Source: Octopus vulgaris
Lineage: Eukaryota
Direction of reading: 5' to 3'
NCBI GenBank assembly: GCA_951406725.2
Contig: OX597818.1
Coordinates: forward strand, 89,590,001-89,654,000
DNA: 64,000 nucleotides
The translations under genes were made by a program, and so were the position numbers. Below the pieces are notes generated by a model. It made no database searches and was not told the origin of the DNA. It saw only the letters and a program-made list of their open reading frames with translations. Shown piece after piece: positions 61,934 to 64,000 of the stretch; the stretch's first letter is position 1; each line of letters starts with the position of its first letter.

Positions 61934-62009
<76 letters not shown>

Positions 62010-62059
62010 ATAAGCTTGACAGTCTTAAATAGACGAATGTCGGCATATCTACACAGCTG

Positions 62060-62680
62060 TGCCCCTACTCGACTTTGTTTCCTCATAACTTTCAGAAAAA
62101 TGGATATCTTTTATTGAAATTTTCTACAGAATTCTTTTGAGATGATACAGATTACGATTATATCGGAATTTAATGTGAAAAAAATTTTTCGAGTCTGAGG
62201 TGAGAAGTTTCGGAAGATTCACGCGAGTTGGATTAGATTTCTTATATTTTTCAGAAAAATAGTCATTTTTTTGATAAAATGTTCTACAAATACCTTTCAA
62301 AGCGTGTGCATTACAAATAGATCGGAATATAATATTAAAAAACAAAATAAATTGGTGGATTCGTTCTCATACATTCTGATACACATAATTTTTTTTCGAA
62401 ATCTCAAGTTTCGTTTTGTAGATATGTGACGTGTGTTAGTATGTAATGTGTATTAGCCTACCAAATCTTTTTTCATATCAAATTCCGATATAATCCCAAT
62501 CTATACACTCTGAAAGATATTTATAGAAAATTTCATTAAAAAATTATCCATTTTTCTGAAAGTTATGAGGATACAAATCCGACTTGTGTAAATCGTCCAA
62601 AACTTTTCACCCCATCCTTAGTATATAATTGGAATCTACACCGTCTGAAGCGTATTTGTTGAAAATTTCATTAAAAAAGT
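62060..62680. mobile_element. Foldback-family remnant
   Basis: CCTCATAACTTTCAGAAAAATGGATA is mirrored by TATCCATTTTTCTGAAAGTTATGAGG. Confidence 0.6.
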
Positions 62681-64000
62681 GGTAAGAAGTCTACTTCTCA
62701 AACACATGGTTCCGGGTTCAGTCCCACGTGGGCAAGTGTCTTCTACTACAGCCTTAAGCCGAGCAAAGCCTTGTGAATGGATTTGGTAGACTGAAACTGA
62801 AAAGAAGCCCGTCGTATATGTGTGTGTGTGCTTTTGTATTCATGTCTGTCCTCCATCACCGCTGGACAACCGGTGTTGGTGTGTTTATGTCACCGTAACT
62901 TAGTGGTTCGGCAAAAGTAACCGATAGAATAACTACTATGCTTAAAAATAAATAAATCCTGGGGTCGATTTGTCCGACTAACACACTTCAAGGCGATAAT
63001 CCAGTATGACTAAAACAAGTAAAAGAATAAAAAATAAATAAAAGAATTTTCTTGAATTTATGAGGAAACAAATTCGGTGAAGTATAGGTATGAGGTATAG
63101 GTACTTGTATAGGTATGTACCTGGTGTTATATATGTTATTCCATGATGAGGTGACTTACATATACACAAAAATTCAGGTGCGTGTGTACGTATATGGATG
63201 TGTGTAGGTGATTGGTGTAGGAAAATTACCAACATTTATATAATGTGGTACACAGATATGTCCAATTGACATCATATAGCGTGACATTATCATTTCAACA
63301 AGGACATTGTGGAGGAGTGGGTGAAACGATTGTCTTTAATTCTTTCGTTCTTAAGCAACTTCAACATTTGTACTTTACTGACGGTTCAACACTTACCCAG
63401 GGCACGCGGGGACAAATAGACACACACACACACACCACACATACATAATATGCACACCCATACGCAATATACACGTACACACTCGCACACACCATGTATA
63501 TTATTGCATATATATGCAGGTGTGGCGTGGCTGTGTGGTAAGAAGTTTGGTTCCCAGCCACATGCTTCTGGGTTTAGTCGCCTTGCGTGACACTTCAGAC
63601 AAGTGCCTTCGGCTAAAGATTTGGGCCGACCGGGCTTTGTGAGTGTTTATTGAGCAAAAACACCTAAATCTCCACGAGGTTCCGGCAGGGGGAGGTAGTG
63701 AACCCTCCTGTACTCTTTCACCACAACCTTCTCTCATTCTTTCTTTCTATTTCTGCTGTACCTGTATTTCAAAGGGCCAGCCTTGTCACACTTTGTGTCA
63801 CGCTGAATCTCCCCGAGAACTACATAGAGGGTACACGTGTCTGTGGAGTGCTCAGCCACTTGCACGTTAATTTCACGAGCAGGCTGTTCCGTTGATCGGA
63901 TCAACCGGAACCCTCGTCGTCGTAACCGACGGAGTGCCAGTCATGCATGTATGTATGTATGTATGTATGTATGTATGTATGTATGTATGTATGTATGTAT

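Overview
Eukaryotic, AT-rich, microsatellite- and transposon-saturated DNA with the repeat landscape expected of an octopus (coleoid cephalopod) genome. The species assignment is inference from the SINE families. Nearly all short ORFs in the track are microsatellite or SINE artefacts. Main content: (1) One intact, apparently young Penelope-like retroelement (PLE) at 58535-61596 on the minus strand. It encodes a 775-aa RT plus C-terminal GIY-YIG protein, has pseudo-LTRs carrying hammerhead ribozymes (HHRs), and sits in (TA)n. (2) At least 15 type I HHR motifs in total, in this PLE and in several small non-autonomous families that show PLE-style inverted insertions with tails and target-site duplications. 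They include a tRNA-headed (Pol III A/B box) HHR SINE at two loci and an HHR with a compensatory G3:C8 core swap. (3) A hidden 4-exon minus-strand small gene (86 aa, 28618 to 6678) that the ORF track cannot show. (4) Three abundant tRNA-derived SINE families, helitrons, hAT and Tc1/mariner MITEs, foldback elements, and decayed CRE, RTE, L1/Tx1 and Neptune-like fragments. All calls were made by eye; no database searches or folding programs were run.
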